The notes below the pieces were generated by a model, which did not search any database, had not been told where the DNA came from, and saw only the letters and a program-made list of their open reading frames with translations. A stretch of DNA of 63,995 nt, the filler included, from Deltaproteobacteria bacterium (lineage in GTDB: Bacteria; JAUYMQ01): assembly GCA_030698575.1 (NCBI GenBank). It is 9 parts of 9 records of this genome, joined end to end, with 100 filler letters (N's around TTAATTAATTAA, not from the genome) between each part and the next. Parts side by side here need not be neighbours in the genome. Positions count along the whole stretch, not along the records: positions 28,010 to 36,083 come from JAUYMQ010000001.1; positions 36,184 to 48,122 come from JAUYMQ010000175.1; 7 more parts are not named here. One strand, written 5' to 3'. Numbering within the stretch: position 1 is the first letter of the stretch; the number at the start of each line of letters is the position of its first letter. Made by a program: the position numbers and the translations under genes. Below are positions 28,513-40,589 of the stretch, in pieces.

Positions 28513-29784
28513 TCAGGTCATCATCTCCTTGGTCTTCCGGAGCCCCTCGACCAAACGGTCCACTTCCTCGCGGGTGTTGTAGAAAGCGAAACTCGCGCGC
28601 GCCGTCGCCGGCACGCCGAAGCGCTGCATGAGCGGCTGCGTGCAGTGGTGCCCCGTGCGAACGGCGATCCCGTCGCGGTCGAGGATGGTCCCGATGTCGT
28701 GCGGGTGCACCCCCTCGAGCGTGAAGGACAGGATCGACGCCTTTTCCTTGGCCGTTCCGATAATGCGCACACCCGGAACCCGCGAGACCGCCTCGGTTGC
28801 GTAGGCTAGCAGATCGTCCTCGTGACGCCTGGCCGCGGCGCGATCGAGATTGTTCAGGTAATCGATGGCCGCGCCCAGCCCCACGCCCCCGGCGATGTTC
28901 GGGGTGCCAGCCTCGAACTTGTACGGAATCACGTTGTAGTGCGTCTTCTGGAACGTCACCACGCTGATCATCTCGCCGCCCCCCTGGTAGGGAGGCATGT
29001 CTTCCAGAAGCTCCGCCTTGCCGTAGAGCACGCCCACGCCGGTCGGCCCGAAGATCTTGTGCCCCGAGAAAGCGTAGAAGTCACAGCCGAGCGCGCGGAC
29101 GTCCACCGGCATGTGCGGCACCGCCTGCGCGCCGTCGATTAGCACGGGTACCTGCTTTCGGTGCGCCACCTCGACGATCTCGCGCACGGGGTTCACGGTG
29201 CCGATGGAATTCGAGACGTGCACCACGGAGACGATCTTCGTCCGCGGACCGATGAGCTTCTCGAACTCGTGCAGGATCAATTCGCCGTCGTCGTTGACGG
29301 GCGCCACGCGAAGCCTGGTTCCGAAGACCTCGCAGGCAATCTGCCAGGGGACGATGTTCGATTGGTGCTCCATCGCCGAGATGAGCACCTCGTCGCCCGG
29401 CCGGGCATGTTTCTTGAGATAGCTGAAGGCCACGAGGTTGATCGCCTCGGTCGTGCCCCTCACGAAGATGATTTCTCGGTCCTCGGCCGCGTTCAAAAGT
29501 CCCGCAGCCTTCCTGCGCGCGTCCTCGTAAAGGTCGGTCGCGCGCTGGCTCAGCTCGTGCACCCCGCGGTGGATATTGGCGTTGCTCTCGCTGTAGAAGC
29601 GCGAGATGGTGTCGATCACCTGCTGCGGCTTCTGGCTCGAAGCGGCGTTGTCGAGGTAGGCCAGCGGCTTGCCGTGCACCTCGCGGTGCAGGATGGGGAA
29701 GTCCTTCCGCACCCGCTCGACGTCGAAGCCGCCTTCGCCCGCCCGCTGCGTGCCGGGGCGCACCGCTCCCGTGACCGCGCTCAT
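28513..29784 (-). CDS. sufS: cysteine desulfurase SufS
   Basis: [27 protein letters not shown]. Confidence 0.97.
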   Translation of the reverse strand: MSAVTGAVRPGTQRAGEGGFDVERVRKDFPILHREVHGKPLAYLDNAASSQKPQQVIDTISRFYSESNANIHRGVHELSQRATDLYEDARRKAAGLLNAAEDREIIFVRGTTEAINLVAFSYLKKHARPGDEVLISAMEHQSNIVPWQIACEVFGTRLRVAPVNDDGELILHEFEKLIGPRTKIVSVVHVSNSIGTVNPVREIVEVAHRKQVPVLIDGAQAVPHMPVDVRALGCDFYAFSGHKIFGPTGVGVLYGKAELLEDMPPYQGGGEMISVVTFQKTHYNVIPYKFEAGTPNIAGGVGLGAAIDYLNNLDRAAARRHEDDLLAYATEAVSRVPGVRIIGTAKEKASILSFTLEGVHPHDIGTILDRDGIAVRTGHHCTQPLMQRFGVPATARASFAFYNTREEVDRLVEGLRKTKEMMT

Positions 29785-31120
29785 ACCAGCTCCCTCAGAC
29801 GATCGCCCGCGGGCAGCCGCGCGAGAACCAGGCGCTCAATGGCGGTGCGCAACCACTCGTCGCGCATCGGCTCAATGACGTCGGCCGCGAATGCGTACGT
29901 CAGGATGTTCCTCGCCTCCTCGCGCGGAAAGCCGCGCGAACGGAGATAGAAGAGAGCGTCCTCGTCCAGCATCCCGACCGTGGCACCGTGGGTGCACTTT
30001 ACGTCGTTGGCGTTGATCCGGAGCCGGGGCTTGGTGTTGATGAGGGCCTCCTCGGAGAGCACCAGATTCTTGTTGAGCTGGTGGGCGTCAGTCTTCTGGG
30101 CGTCCTCTCGCACGATGATCTCGCCGTTGAAGACTCCCGTCGCCTTGCCGTCGAGCACGCCCTTGTAAACCTCGTTGCTGCTGCAGTGCGGTCGCGCGTG
30201 ATCGACTACGGTGCGGTTGTCGACGTGCTGCGTGCCGCCCACCATGTAGAGCCCGTTGAGCATGCTGGCGGCGCCCTCACCATCGAGCAGGATCCTCAGA
30301 TCGTTCCGCACCAGGCCGCCGCCGAGCGAAACGATGTTCGAAATGTAGTTCGCGCTGCGTGCCTGGTTGACCGTCACGCTCCCGGTATGGAAGGCGGCCT
30401 CGCTCTCGCGCTGCACCCGGTAGTGATCCACTACCGCTCCTTCTTCGAGGACAACCTCCGTGACGGCGTTGGTGTAGTAAACGTCACTGCCCGGGGCCCA
30501 GTAGCTCTCGACGATGGTCGCCTGGCTGTTTCGCCCCGCCACGAAGAGGTTGCGCGGATGACTCACCGTCGGCCCCGCGGCCGCCGTCGAGATGAACAGC
30601 AGGTGGATGGGGGTGTCCAGAACGGCGCCGTCGGTCAGATGGATGAACGCCCCGTCGCGAACGAAACTCGTGTTGAGGGCGACGAGCGAAAATTCCTCGT
30701 GGCGGGCGTGGTGGCCGAAATATTTCTCGATGATGTCAGGGCGCGCCCGGAAGGCCTCGGCCAGGCTCATCAACCTGACCTTCCCCTCTGATTCGATCGG
30801 GCCCGAGAGCGACGGATCCAGCCGTCCGTTCACGAAGACCAGCCGCGGCCCGTCGCCGGGCAGCTCATCGAGAGCAGCCTTTCGCGCGCCGGCATCAAGA
30901 GTGAACAGATTGGGAACCCGGAAGGGGGTCTTCATGAGCGGCGCCAGATTTGTGAACTTCCAGTCCTCCTCGCGACGCGTCGGGAAACCCACGTCGGCGA
31001 AGCGCTCGAAGGCCTTCCGCCTGACGGAGTGCAAGGGCGCTCCGGCATCGCCGTTGAGGCTCTTCTCGAAACTCTCGAAGTGGGCGCGGTAGAGGTCCCG
31101 CGCGCCCGGATCCTGGGCCA

Positions 31121-31121
<1 letters not shown>
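29781..31121 (-). CDS. sufD: Fe-S assembly protein SufD
   Basis: [30 protein letters not shown]. Confidence 0.95.
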
Positions 31122-31897
<776 letters not shown>

Positions 31898-31928
31898 GAA
31901 TTACTCCGAATGAAAGGGTCCGGCTCGT

Positions 31929-33374
<1,446 letters not shown>

Positions 33375-33437
33375 TGGGTGCCTCCTCGTCCCGGGCGCTC
33401 CGGCCCGGGTCTTTGCTTCCTGACTCAGCTGCCAAAC

Positions 33438-33758
33438 TCAGCTAAATGACTTCCCGCAGCCGCAAGTCGACTCGGCGTTGGGGTTCTGGACCTTGAAGCC
33501 CGAACCGTTGAGGTCATGAACAAAATCGATCTGGGTGCCCGCCAGGAAGGCGGCGCTCTTCTGATCGACGAACACCTTCATGCCGAAGCTCTCGACGACC
33601 TTGTCGTCTTCGACCGGCGCCTCCTCGAGGCCCATCTGGTACTGCAAGCCCGAGCAGCCGCCCCCGATCACGCGCACCCGCAGGCCGTAGCCGTGCTTCT
33701 TCTCGCGCTCCTGGATGGTGGTTATCTCTTTGACCGCCGATTCCGTGAGAGAAATCAT
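33438..33758 (-). CDS. A-type Fe-S carrier (IscA/SufA/ErpA family)
   Basis: GGGCSG and CGCGKSF. Confidence 0.95.
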   Translation of the reverse strand: MISLTESAVKEITTIQEREKKHGYGLRVRVIGGGCSGLQYQMGLEEAPVEDDKVVESFGMKVFVDQKSAAFLAGTQIDFVHDLNGSGFKVQNPNAESTCGCGKSFS

Positions 33759-34264
33759 GCGCTGCGGCCCTCCTTCTGTTCGTGCGGGGTTTCAGTTCTG
33801 AGTGTGATGTGCTCCGGATCGCAGGCGTGAGCGTCGAGTTCGGCCTGATTCCTGCTCCGGCTGACGACCGCGCCGATCGTCGCTTTCTCGAGTGACTTCA
33901 CCAGCGCCCCCTGGATCTCTCCCCAGAGGCCCTTCATCGAGCAACCCACCTCGTGGCAGCAGAGGCTGGGGCCCTTCTGGCAGTCCATGAAGACCACCGG
34001 ACCCTCGACCGCCTCGATCACGTCGCGGAAGCTGATCTCGTCGCTGGGGCGCGCCAGCTGGATGCCGCCGTTGAAGCCGCGCTTCGAGGCGAGAATGCCG
34101 GCGTGGATGAGCTTGGAAACGATGTTGGCGATGAAGCGTTCGGGAAGCTGGTTGCGCTCGGCCATCTCGTGGACGCTCTGCACCTCCCCACCTTCGGGCT
34201 GCAGGGCAAGGTCCGAGAGGAGGAGCAGCGCGTAATCGCTCCCCTTCGTGACGAGCTTGCTCAT
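33755..34264 (-). CDS. Rrf2-family regulator (IscR-like) heading the suf operon
   Basis: SKRGFNGG..LAR, DVIEAVEG, Cys cluster C-x6-CC-x4-C. Confidence 0.9.
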   Translation of the reverse strand: MSKLVTKGSDYALLLLSDLALQPEGGEVQSVHEMAERNQLPERFIANIVSKLIHAGILASKRGFNGGIQLARPSDEISFRDVIEAVEGPVVFMDCQKGPSLCCHEVGCSMKGLWGEIQGALVKSLEKATIGAVVSRSRNQAELDAHACDPEHITLRTETPHEQKEGRSA

Positions 34265-34353
34265 GGTGAGGCCTCCTTCACGCTGGCTCGGCGAGCCGGG
34301 CGGCCGGTGAGTGTCGAGCGGTTTGAGATGCGCGCGCCGACCATAACAACACG

Positions 34354-34403
34354 AATAGCACCAAAGCGGTGATGAATATGGCCAAGGGTCGCCATTCTGT
34401 CAA
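34354..34403 (-). promoter_or_regulatory. suf operon promoter and candidate Rrf2 operator
   Basis: TTGACA-17-CATATT on the minus strand; imperfect dyad ATAGCACC-N5-GGTGATGA over the predicted start region. Confidence 0.5.
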
Positions 34404-34523
34404 GGCCGGAATAGCTATTAAATCAAGGGATTCAGGTATTTCTGGGTGATCCGACGACCGGGAGGCTTATCGACCCGGGGTCCAGGAAGCTTGAGATCCC
34501 GGGTCCGCCGTCATTCGCCGGGT

Positions 34524-35501
34524 CTATCCGGGCTCGCCGGCCCGGAGCGCGGGGACGTAGTCGAGGATGCCCTCCTCGGTCGTGTACTTCGGGGTCCAAC
34601 CCAGCCCGGCCTCCGTCTCCGAGAGGTCGGCAGAGGTGTAGTCCTGGTAGAAGGCGTAGGGGTTGTCGAAGTACGCAGGCGCGAGGCGCGTGCCGAGGGC
34701 CTCGTTCAGGATTTCAATGACGCGGTTGAAGGTCGTCGCGCGGCCCGTCCCGACGTTGTAGATGCCGCTGCGGGCGCCGTCGCCCGCGGCCGCCAGCGTG
34801 GCGGACACGACATCCTTCACGTAGACGTGGTCGCGCGCCTGCTCGCCGCCGTGGAAAATACGCGGCTGCTGTCCCGCCAGCATCTGCTGGGAGAGTTTGT
34901 AGATCATGCTCGCCATGTGCGCCTTGTTCTGCTCGTTCGGGCCGAACACGTTGAAGTAACGCAGCCCCACGAGCCGCGCAGCCGGGTTCTCGGCAAGCGC
35001 GCGCCGGTGGATGTTCTCCATGATCCACTTCGAAAAACCGTAGGCGTTGGCCGGCTGTCCCGCATCTTCCAGGCGGAAGGGGCGCCGCGCCTCGACCGCA
35101 CCCCGAGCGCTGCGCCCATAAGTCGCCGCGCTCGAGGCCCACACCAGCCTGAAGCCACGCTGCACGGCCGCCGCAACGAGCGTCTCGAACGGCTCGACGT
35201 TGTCGGCGATCATCCGGGCCTCGTCGGTCACCGTCGTGTCGGTGATGGCGGCCTGGTGAAACACGATCTCCGGGTCGAATTCGTTCACAAGTTCGTAGAT
35301 GTCGAGGCCGCGAAGCGAAGCGGCCATCACCTCGCCGTTGAAGCTCCAGCCATCTTTCCCCTCGCCGCCGAGATTCCGGAAGGTGCCCATGCGGAAGTCA
35401 TCCACGACGAGCAGGCGCGCTTCGGGCCGCTCTTCCTGGAGCCGCCGGACGAGATTCGACCCCACGAAACCGGCGCCGCCCGTGATCAAGATTCGCGTCA
35501 T
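34524..35501 (-). CDS. hldD: ADP-L-glycero-D-manno-heptose 6-epimerase-like SDR
   Basis: TGGAGFVGSN, HQAAITDTT, ASSAATYG, YGFSK, RYFNVFGP.E..K..MASM. Confidence 0.85.
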   Translation of the reverse strand: MTRILITGGAGFVGSNLVRRLQEERPEARLLVVDDFRMGTFRNLGGEGKDGWSFNGEVMAASLRGLDIYELVNEFDPEIVFHQAAITDTTVTDEARMIADNVEPFETLVAAAVQRGFRLVWASSAATYGRSARGAVEARRPFRLEDAGQPANAYGFSKWIMENIHRRALAENPAARLVGLRYFNVFGPNEQNKAHMASMIYKLSQQMLAGQQPRIFHGGEQARDHVYVKDVVSATLAAAGDGARSGIYNVGTGRATTFNRVIEILNEALGTRLAPAYFDNPYAFYQDYTSADLSETEAGLGWTPKYTTEEGILDYVPALRAGEPG

Positions 35502-35578
35502 CGCATCGCACCCCGCCGCGCCGCTGTCATGAAGGACCGCCGGCGCACCCCCTGTTTAACGGCATCGAAACCCAAAGG

Positions 35579-36083
35579 TCAAACCGTGCGCCCGCCCCCC
35601 TGGTCGCCCTTCCCCCGGGCGCGTGCTGATGCGCCATCGACAATTTCCACCTGCACGGGGCTCAGGCTGTCGAGATGCACGTCGCGCTGCGGGAAGGCAA
35701 TTGTGATCCCTTCCTTCCGGAAGATGTCGTCGATCTTGTGGCGCATTTCGCCCGCCAGGATCCGGTAGTCGGCCTCGGCCTTGATGGCCATCCAGAAATA
35801 GACCGTGAAGACGAGCGAGCTGTCGCCGAACTCCTCGAAGAAAACCCGGGGCTCGGGGTACTTGAGGACCTTCGGGTCTTCATTTACAAGCTGCTCGAGA
35901 ATTTCCTGAACGCGTCGGGTCGGAGATCCGTAAGCCACGCCAACCGTCACGGTGAAGCGCAGAAAGGGGTCCGAGCGCGTCCAGTTCGTGACGCTTTTTT
36001 CGAGGAACATGCTGTTCGGGATCAGCATGTCGATCCCGTCGAAGCGCTTCACGGTGGAGCAGCGCGCGCCGATGTGCACCACC
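35579..36083 (-). CDS. MscS-family mechanosensitive channel; 5'-truncated
   Basis: IPNS, NWT, VGVAYGS, FGDSSL.F, IAFPQRDVHL. Confidence 0.92.
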
Positions 36084-36183
36084 NNNNNNNNNNNNNNNNN
36101 NNNNNNNNNNNNNNNNNNNNNNNNNNNTTAATTAATTAANNNNNNNNNNNNNNNNNNNNNNNNNNNNNNNNNNNNNNNNNNNN

Positions 36184-36297
36184 TCCGGAGTCGCGTTCTG
36201 GGGGAGCGTCGATCGGGCGCTTGCGCTTACGTGGCTCGGAGTTGGCATTCTCTTTGCGATGGTGGCCATTTCCGGCAAAGGGGTTCACCGCGAGTAG
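36184..36297 (+). CDS. C-terminus of a membrane protein (truncated)
   Basis: SGVAFWGSVDRALALTWLGVGILFAMVAISGKGVHRE*. Confidence 0.45.
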   Translation, partial: SGVAFWGSVDRALALTWLGVGILFAMVAISGKGVHRE

Positions 36298-36362
36298 CAT
36301 ACCAGCGAACGCGGGGGCTCCTCAGTGTTGGGTCAGGATCCGGTTTTCGGTATTTGCACGCT

Positions 36363-36425
36363 GCCCAACATGTCGATCAAGCTGGCGCGGCTCACGCCGC
36401 GCAGTTTATCGCCGATACGCTAGAA
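36363..36425 (+). mobile_element. integron attC site (R' degenerate)
   Basis: R'' GCCCAAC-ATGTC-L'' GATCAAGC-TGGC-GCGGC/TCAC/GCCGC-GCA-L' GTTTATC-GCCGATAC-R' GCTAGAA. Confidence 0.75.
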
Positions 36426-36473
36426 CGAATCGAACGGCGTGTCTCGCCCGACGCCGCAGTAGGAGGAAATGAG

Positions 36474-36635
36474 ATGACGCTATGCCCGATCGCACTGGTA
36501 GTCGGCTGCAAGAAATGTCCGGCATTCACGGCCTGCCCTCTGAAAAACGTCATCGGTGATTACAAGAAGCCGGACGGCAGGCAAACCACGCGGCGCTCGA
36601 AAAAGCCCAAGACCACCGCAAAGCGAAGCAAGTAG
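36474..36635 (+). CDS. 53-aa Cys-rich basic protein carried as a gene cassette
   Basis: AGGAGG RBS; MTLCPIALVVGCKKCPAFTACPLK..GDY; bounded by GCTAGAACG and CGTTCTAAC. Confidence 0.7.
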   Translation: MTLCPIALVVGCKKCPAFTACPLKNVIGDYKKPDGRQTTRRSKKPKTTAKRSK

Positions 36636-36881
36636 CCGAAGACGGGCCGTAAAGAGCGTTCGAGGATTGCGTTCTAACTCTAGCCGCTGCGGCGAAGGAG
36701 TCTCGCAACCGAGTCCTCCGCTATTTCCAGTCGATGTGACCTGCATGCGAGATCATCGGAAGACGCCTCGCACCGCCCCGTGCCGACCGTCCGCTGAGCC
36801 GCCGAGCAGCAGTCGGTTGTCTTGGCGCGGGGAGGCGGGCTATGGTGTCCCCGATCCGATTGCCCGGACCGAGACGCTTTC

Positions 36882-38900
36882 ATGGCCGAAGAACCCCAGT
36901 CCCGCAGACTCACCACGATCGTCGCGCTAGACGTTGCTGGCTACTCCGCGCGTACGGAAGCCGATGAGGACAGGACCACGGCCGAAGTGGCGGCGCTACG
37001 GAGCGTGATCGAAGGCATCGCCGGGCCGCGTGGCGGGCGGGTGTTCAACACCGCGGGCGACGGCTTCATGCTGGAGTTCGGTTCGAGCCTGGCCGCCGTC
37101 GAAGTCGCGTTCGCGCTCGCGGAACGATGCGAGCCCAAGGTGCGCGTCGGCGTGCATCTGGGTGATGTGGTGGTGCAGCCGAACGGCGATCTTCTGGGTC
37201 ACGGCGTCAATGTTGCGGCACGCCTGATGGCCCGGAGTGATCCGGGTTCGGCGTTGGTGTCGGCTGACGTGCGCCGCACGATCCGGGGACCGTTGGCCGA
37301 GCGTCTCGTCTCGCGGGGGAACCTGCAGCTCGACAAGATGACGGAGACGATGGAGGCCTTCGCGCTCGCTGCCGTCGGGTCGACCGTCGTCGCGGCGCCG
37401 TCCAGGAGCCGCGAGCCCCTTCTCGCTGTGCTTCCCTTCGACAACCTCTCGGATGATCGGGAGATGCAGTTCTTCTCCGACGGGGTGTCGGAGGAGATCA
37501 TCCAGCGTCTGTCCCGCGGCGCCAGGATGAAGGTCATCGGGCGCACGTCGAGTTTTCAGTTTCGTGGTGCGGACAAGTCGGCGCGCAAGGTTGCAGACGA
37601 GCTCAAGTGCACGCACATCCTGGATGGCTCCATCCGCCGTGCCGGCGGGCAGGTGCGTATCTCTGCGCATCTGGCGGAGGCGGCCTCGCAGACGACCCTG
37701 TGGTCGGACCGCTACGACCGAAGCCTCGAAGACGTGTTTGCCGTGCAGGATGAGATCTCCGAGCACATCGCGGTTGCTCTCCATCAGACCTTCACGAGCT
37801 TCTCGACGAAGGCGATCGATCCGTCGGTCTATGACCTGTATCTGCACGCCAGTCCCAGATCCTACGCGCCAGACGAGCTGCGGGCCAACGTCGGCCTGCT
37901 GGAAGTCGCCACGCAGCGCGCCCCGCAGTTCACGGAGGCCTGGGGCCGGCTGGCATTCTTGCGGTCGTGGCTGCGCTTCTATCAGCCCTTCGCCGAGCGC
38001 GCCGCGAGCGCGCACCTTGTGACGCGCGAGGCGGAGCGGGCCCTGGCGCTCGATCCGCAGAACGTCGACGCATTGCTGGCGCAGCTCTTTCTGATCCCCC
38101 CGTTCGGACGGTTCGGGGTTGACGTCGCGATCGTCGAGCGTATCCGGGCACTGCCCGGTGTGGTCGACGGGCAAATGTTCGTCGGATGGTACGCGCGAAA
38201 CATGGGGTGGGTCCGCGAGAGTCTGGAAGAAACGGAGCGCGCCTATCGGTTGGACGCGCTGAATCCGGTGTGGGCGAATATGGTCGGACTCGCGAGGATG
38301 GCCGCCGGACGCGTTGCGGAAGCCGTGCCTCTTTTCGAAAACCTCATGGCCCGTGTTCCCGACATGAGCTACCCCGTTGCGAACCTGCTGCGGGCGAAGG
38401 CGTTCCTCGAGGACTGGGAGGCGGTCGACCGGTTGCTCGACCCTTCGGCAAAACTTCCGTTGCGCGAGTTCCAGGATGGTGTGGCGTTCATTCAGGCCAA
38501 GCGCAACCCCACGCCGGAGAACATCGGCGGCATCCAGAGCGCGCTCGAAGCACATTTCAGGAAGACGGGCTCCGTCGACGTGTCGCGTCTCGTGTATGCA
38601 GCGCACCTGGGCCTCGTCGACGAAGCGTACCGGACGGCCGAGATTGCGCGTCTCGGTCCGCAGGGAACCGCCGACGACATCATGGGTCCGGACGGCTACC
38701 GCACGGCGCTCCTGTTCCATGCCGGGATGCCCGAGTTGCGCAACGATCCTCGCTTCGTGCCCTTGTGCGCGCGGCTGGGTCTTGTCGAATTCTGGTTGAC
38801 GACGGGCAAGTGGCCCGATTGCGTCGATGCAGTCCCCTATGACTTCAAGGCCGAATGCGAGAAGGCGCGCCACATCCCGATAGAGGAATTCGGGTTCTGA
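36882..38900 (+). CDS. class III nucleotide cyclase-like domain + TolB-N-like domain + TPR protein
   Basis: DVAGYS, AGDGF, RVGVHLGDV, GVNVAARL; AVLPFDNLS..FSDG, GS.RR.G..VRI; TPR-like helices. Confidence 0.88.
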   Translation: MAEEPQSRRLTTIVALDVAGYSARTEADEDRTTAEVAALRSVIEGIAGPRGGRVFNTAGDGFMLEFGSSLAAVEVAFALAERCEPKVRVGVHLGDVVVQPNGDLLGHGVNVAARLMARSDPGSALVSADVRRTIRGPLAERLVSRGNLQLDKMTETMEAFALAAVGSTVVAAPSRSREPLLAVLPFDNLSDDREMQFFSDGVSEEIIQRLSRGARMKVIGRTSSFQFRGADKSARKVADELKCTHILDGSIRRAGGQVRISAHLAEAASQTTLWSDRYDRSLEDVFAVQDEISEHIAVALHQTFTSFSTKAIDPSVYDLYLHASPRSYAPDELRANVGLLEVATQRAPQFTEAWGRLAFLRSWLRFYQPFAERAASAHLVTREAERALALDPQNVDALLAQLFLIPPFGRFGVDVAIVERIRALPGVVDGQMFVGWYARNMGWVRESLEETERAYRLDALNPVWANMVGLARMAAGRVAEAVPLFENLMARVPDMSYPVANLLRAKAFLEDWEAVDRLLDPSAKLPLREFQDGVAFIQAKRNPTPENIGGIQSALEAHFRKTGSVDVSRLVYAAHLGLVDEAYRTAEIARLGPQGTADDIMGPDGYRTALLFHAGMPELRNDPRFVPLCARLGLVEFWLTTGKWPDCVDAVPYDFKAECEKARHIPIEEFGF

Positions 38901-38992
38901 GCTGACGAGGGGCGCCTGCCAGCAGCTTTCTCTCGGCCGACCGCGACCACGTCGACGTGGTCTTTGCCATATACATCACTGGAAATGGAATT

Positions 38993-39820
38993 ATGAACCC
39001 GCACCTTCCCTCAGGTTCGGACGACCCGAAAATAGTTGGCACCAATGCATGGGCTGCCAACGGCGGGACGCCACTGAGTTTCTGGCAGAAACTGGAACAA
39101 CTAATGGGAGCCAATCGCGCCTATCTGGAGGAGCTCCCGGGGGAGCTGCGCTGGGTGTTGTCGTCCCGGGGGCTGGCCCCACCCGCCAGGGTGCCCGCCC
39201 TTGGCATGTTGGCATTGCCCAAAACCGCTGCGGTGGAATCGGCTATCGCGGTGCTGGAGCAGTATGCGGAGGGTGAAACAGAAATCGCGAACCACAGCTA
39301 TCGTACTTTCCACTTCGCAGACTTGCTGCACCGGCAATCCGTCCCGCACGGGGCCATGGACCGGGAGGTGCTCGCCGTCGTGACCCTGCTCCATGACGTG
39401 GGGATGTATCCAAAAGCCGTCGCCGATATTGCCGGGAACGATTTCACGGTGCGCGGGGCCAATCTTGCGCGACAGGTCGGACAGGAGGTCGGGTGGCCAC
39501 AGCACCGCATTGATCTGGCAGCGCAGGCCATCACGATCAACGCCAACGGCCGGGTTTCGCGCCACTGGGGAGCCGAGGCTTATTTTGGACGGCTTGCGCC
39601 GCTGGTGGATGCGATCGGCCAGTGCTGGAAGATTCATTCCGACGACGCAAAGGCCGTGTTCGCAGACCGTCCTGCGGGTGAGCTTGGAACGGCGATCGTC
39701 CGCGCCGTTACGGATGAGGCCACCCGTCACCCCAACAGCCGATTCGCGCTTTTCAAACCGTTGTTCCCCTTCCTGGTGATGAATTGCAAATACAGGTGGC
39801 ACAAGCATCTAAACGGATAG
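38993..39820 (+). CDS. HD-domain metal-dependent hydrolase (cyanamide hydratase-like clade)
   Basis: NHSYRTF, LLHDVG, F...GA..A. Confidence 0.75.
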   Translation: MNPHLPSGSDDPKIVGTNAWAANGGTPLSFWQKLEQLMGANRAYLEELPGELRWVLSSRGLAPPARVPALGMLALPKTAAVESAIAVLEQYAEGETEIANHSYRTFHFADLLHRQSVPHGAMDREVLAVVTLLHDVGMYPKAVADIAGNDFTVRGANLARQVGQEVGWPQHRIDLAAQAITINANGRVSRHWGAEAYFGRLAPLVDAIGQCWKIHSDDAKAVFADRPAGELGTAIVRAVTDEATRHPNSRFALFKPLFPFLVMNCKYRWHKHLNG

Positions 39821-39902
39821 CACTTTCCCGCCGCTTCGCATCGCCATGGCCGCGGCCTGACCCTTCATTTCCTGGAGTCGACAACGGGAGAATTCTGAAG
39901 AA

Positions 39903-40331
39903 ATGAATGACTACTCGCTCGTCTACCCCATGTTCGCGATGGTCCTGCTCTCATTCGTGATCCTGGCGACACTCTTTCGTACTCGTCTTCGCCTCATCCG
40001 CAACGGTGAAGTAAATGCCAGGTACTTCAAGATTTACCAGGATGGGGCAGAACCCGAGGCCGCGGCGAAACTGGCCCGGCATTTCGTGAATCTCTTCGAA
40101 GCCCCAACGCTGTTTTATATCGCATGCCTCTCGGCATTGATTGTGGGGCAGTCGACGCTGCTCATGAATGTTCTTGCCTGGCTATACGTTGGATTCCGAT
40201 GCGCGCACGCCTACATACACACCGGAAGCAACAAGCTGAATCACCGTGTCATTGCCTACTTCTCCGGTTGGACGATCCTCCTTCTGATGTGGATCAGCAT
40301 AGTCATCGGTGTCGCCGCTTCAAGGTCTTGA
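39903..40331 (+). CDS. MAPEG-family membrane protein
   Basis: NLFEAPTLFY, LAWLYVGFR..HAYIH. Confidence 0.88.
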   Translation: MNDYSLVYPMFAMVLLSFVILATLFRTRLRLIRNGEVNARYFKIYQDGAEPEAAAKLARHFVNLFEAPTLFYIACLSALIVGQSTLLMNVLAWLYVGFRCAHAYIHTGSNKLNHRVIAYFSGWTILLLMWISIVIGVAASRS

Positions 40332-40589
40332 GCCAGGCGATCTCTCAATCCCTCGAGGTCAGCCCCGCGCAGGCCGATCCGTTGGGCGGAAGCGAGAGAG
40401 TATGCACGTTGCATTGGCGGTCGTGCTCGTCATTGTCCTCTCCGCCGGCAGGCGGGGGCCATCGAGGCGCCGGCAAAAGGCTGATCGATCCGCGGGGTGG
40501 CGCGCCTTCGCAAATCGGTTTATCTCACCTGAGTTGGACTGCACATCTCTTGCCAGGCCGTACAACACACACCATGGGGGAACAGACGA

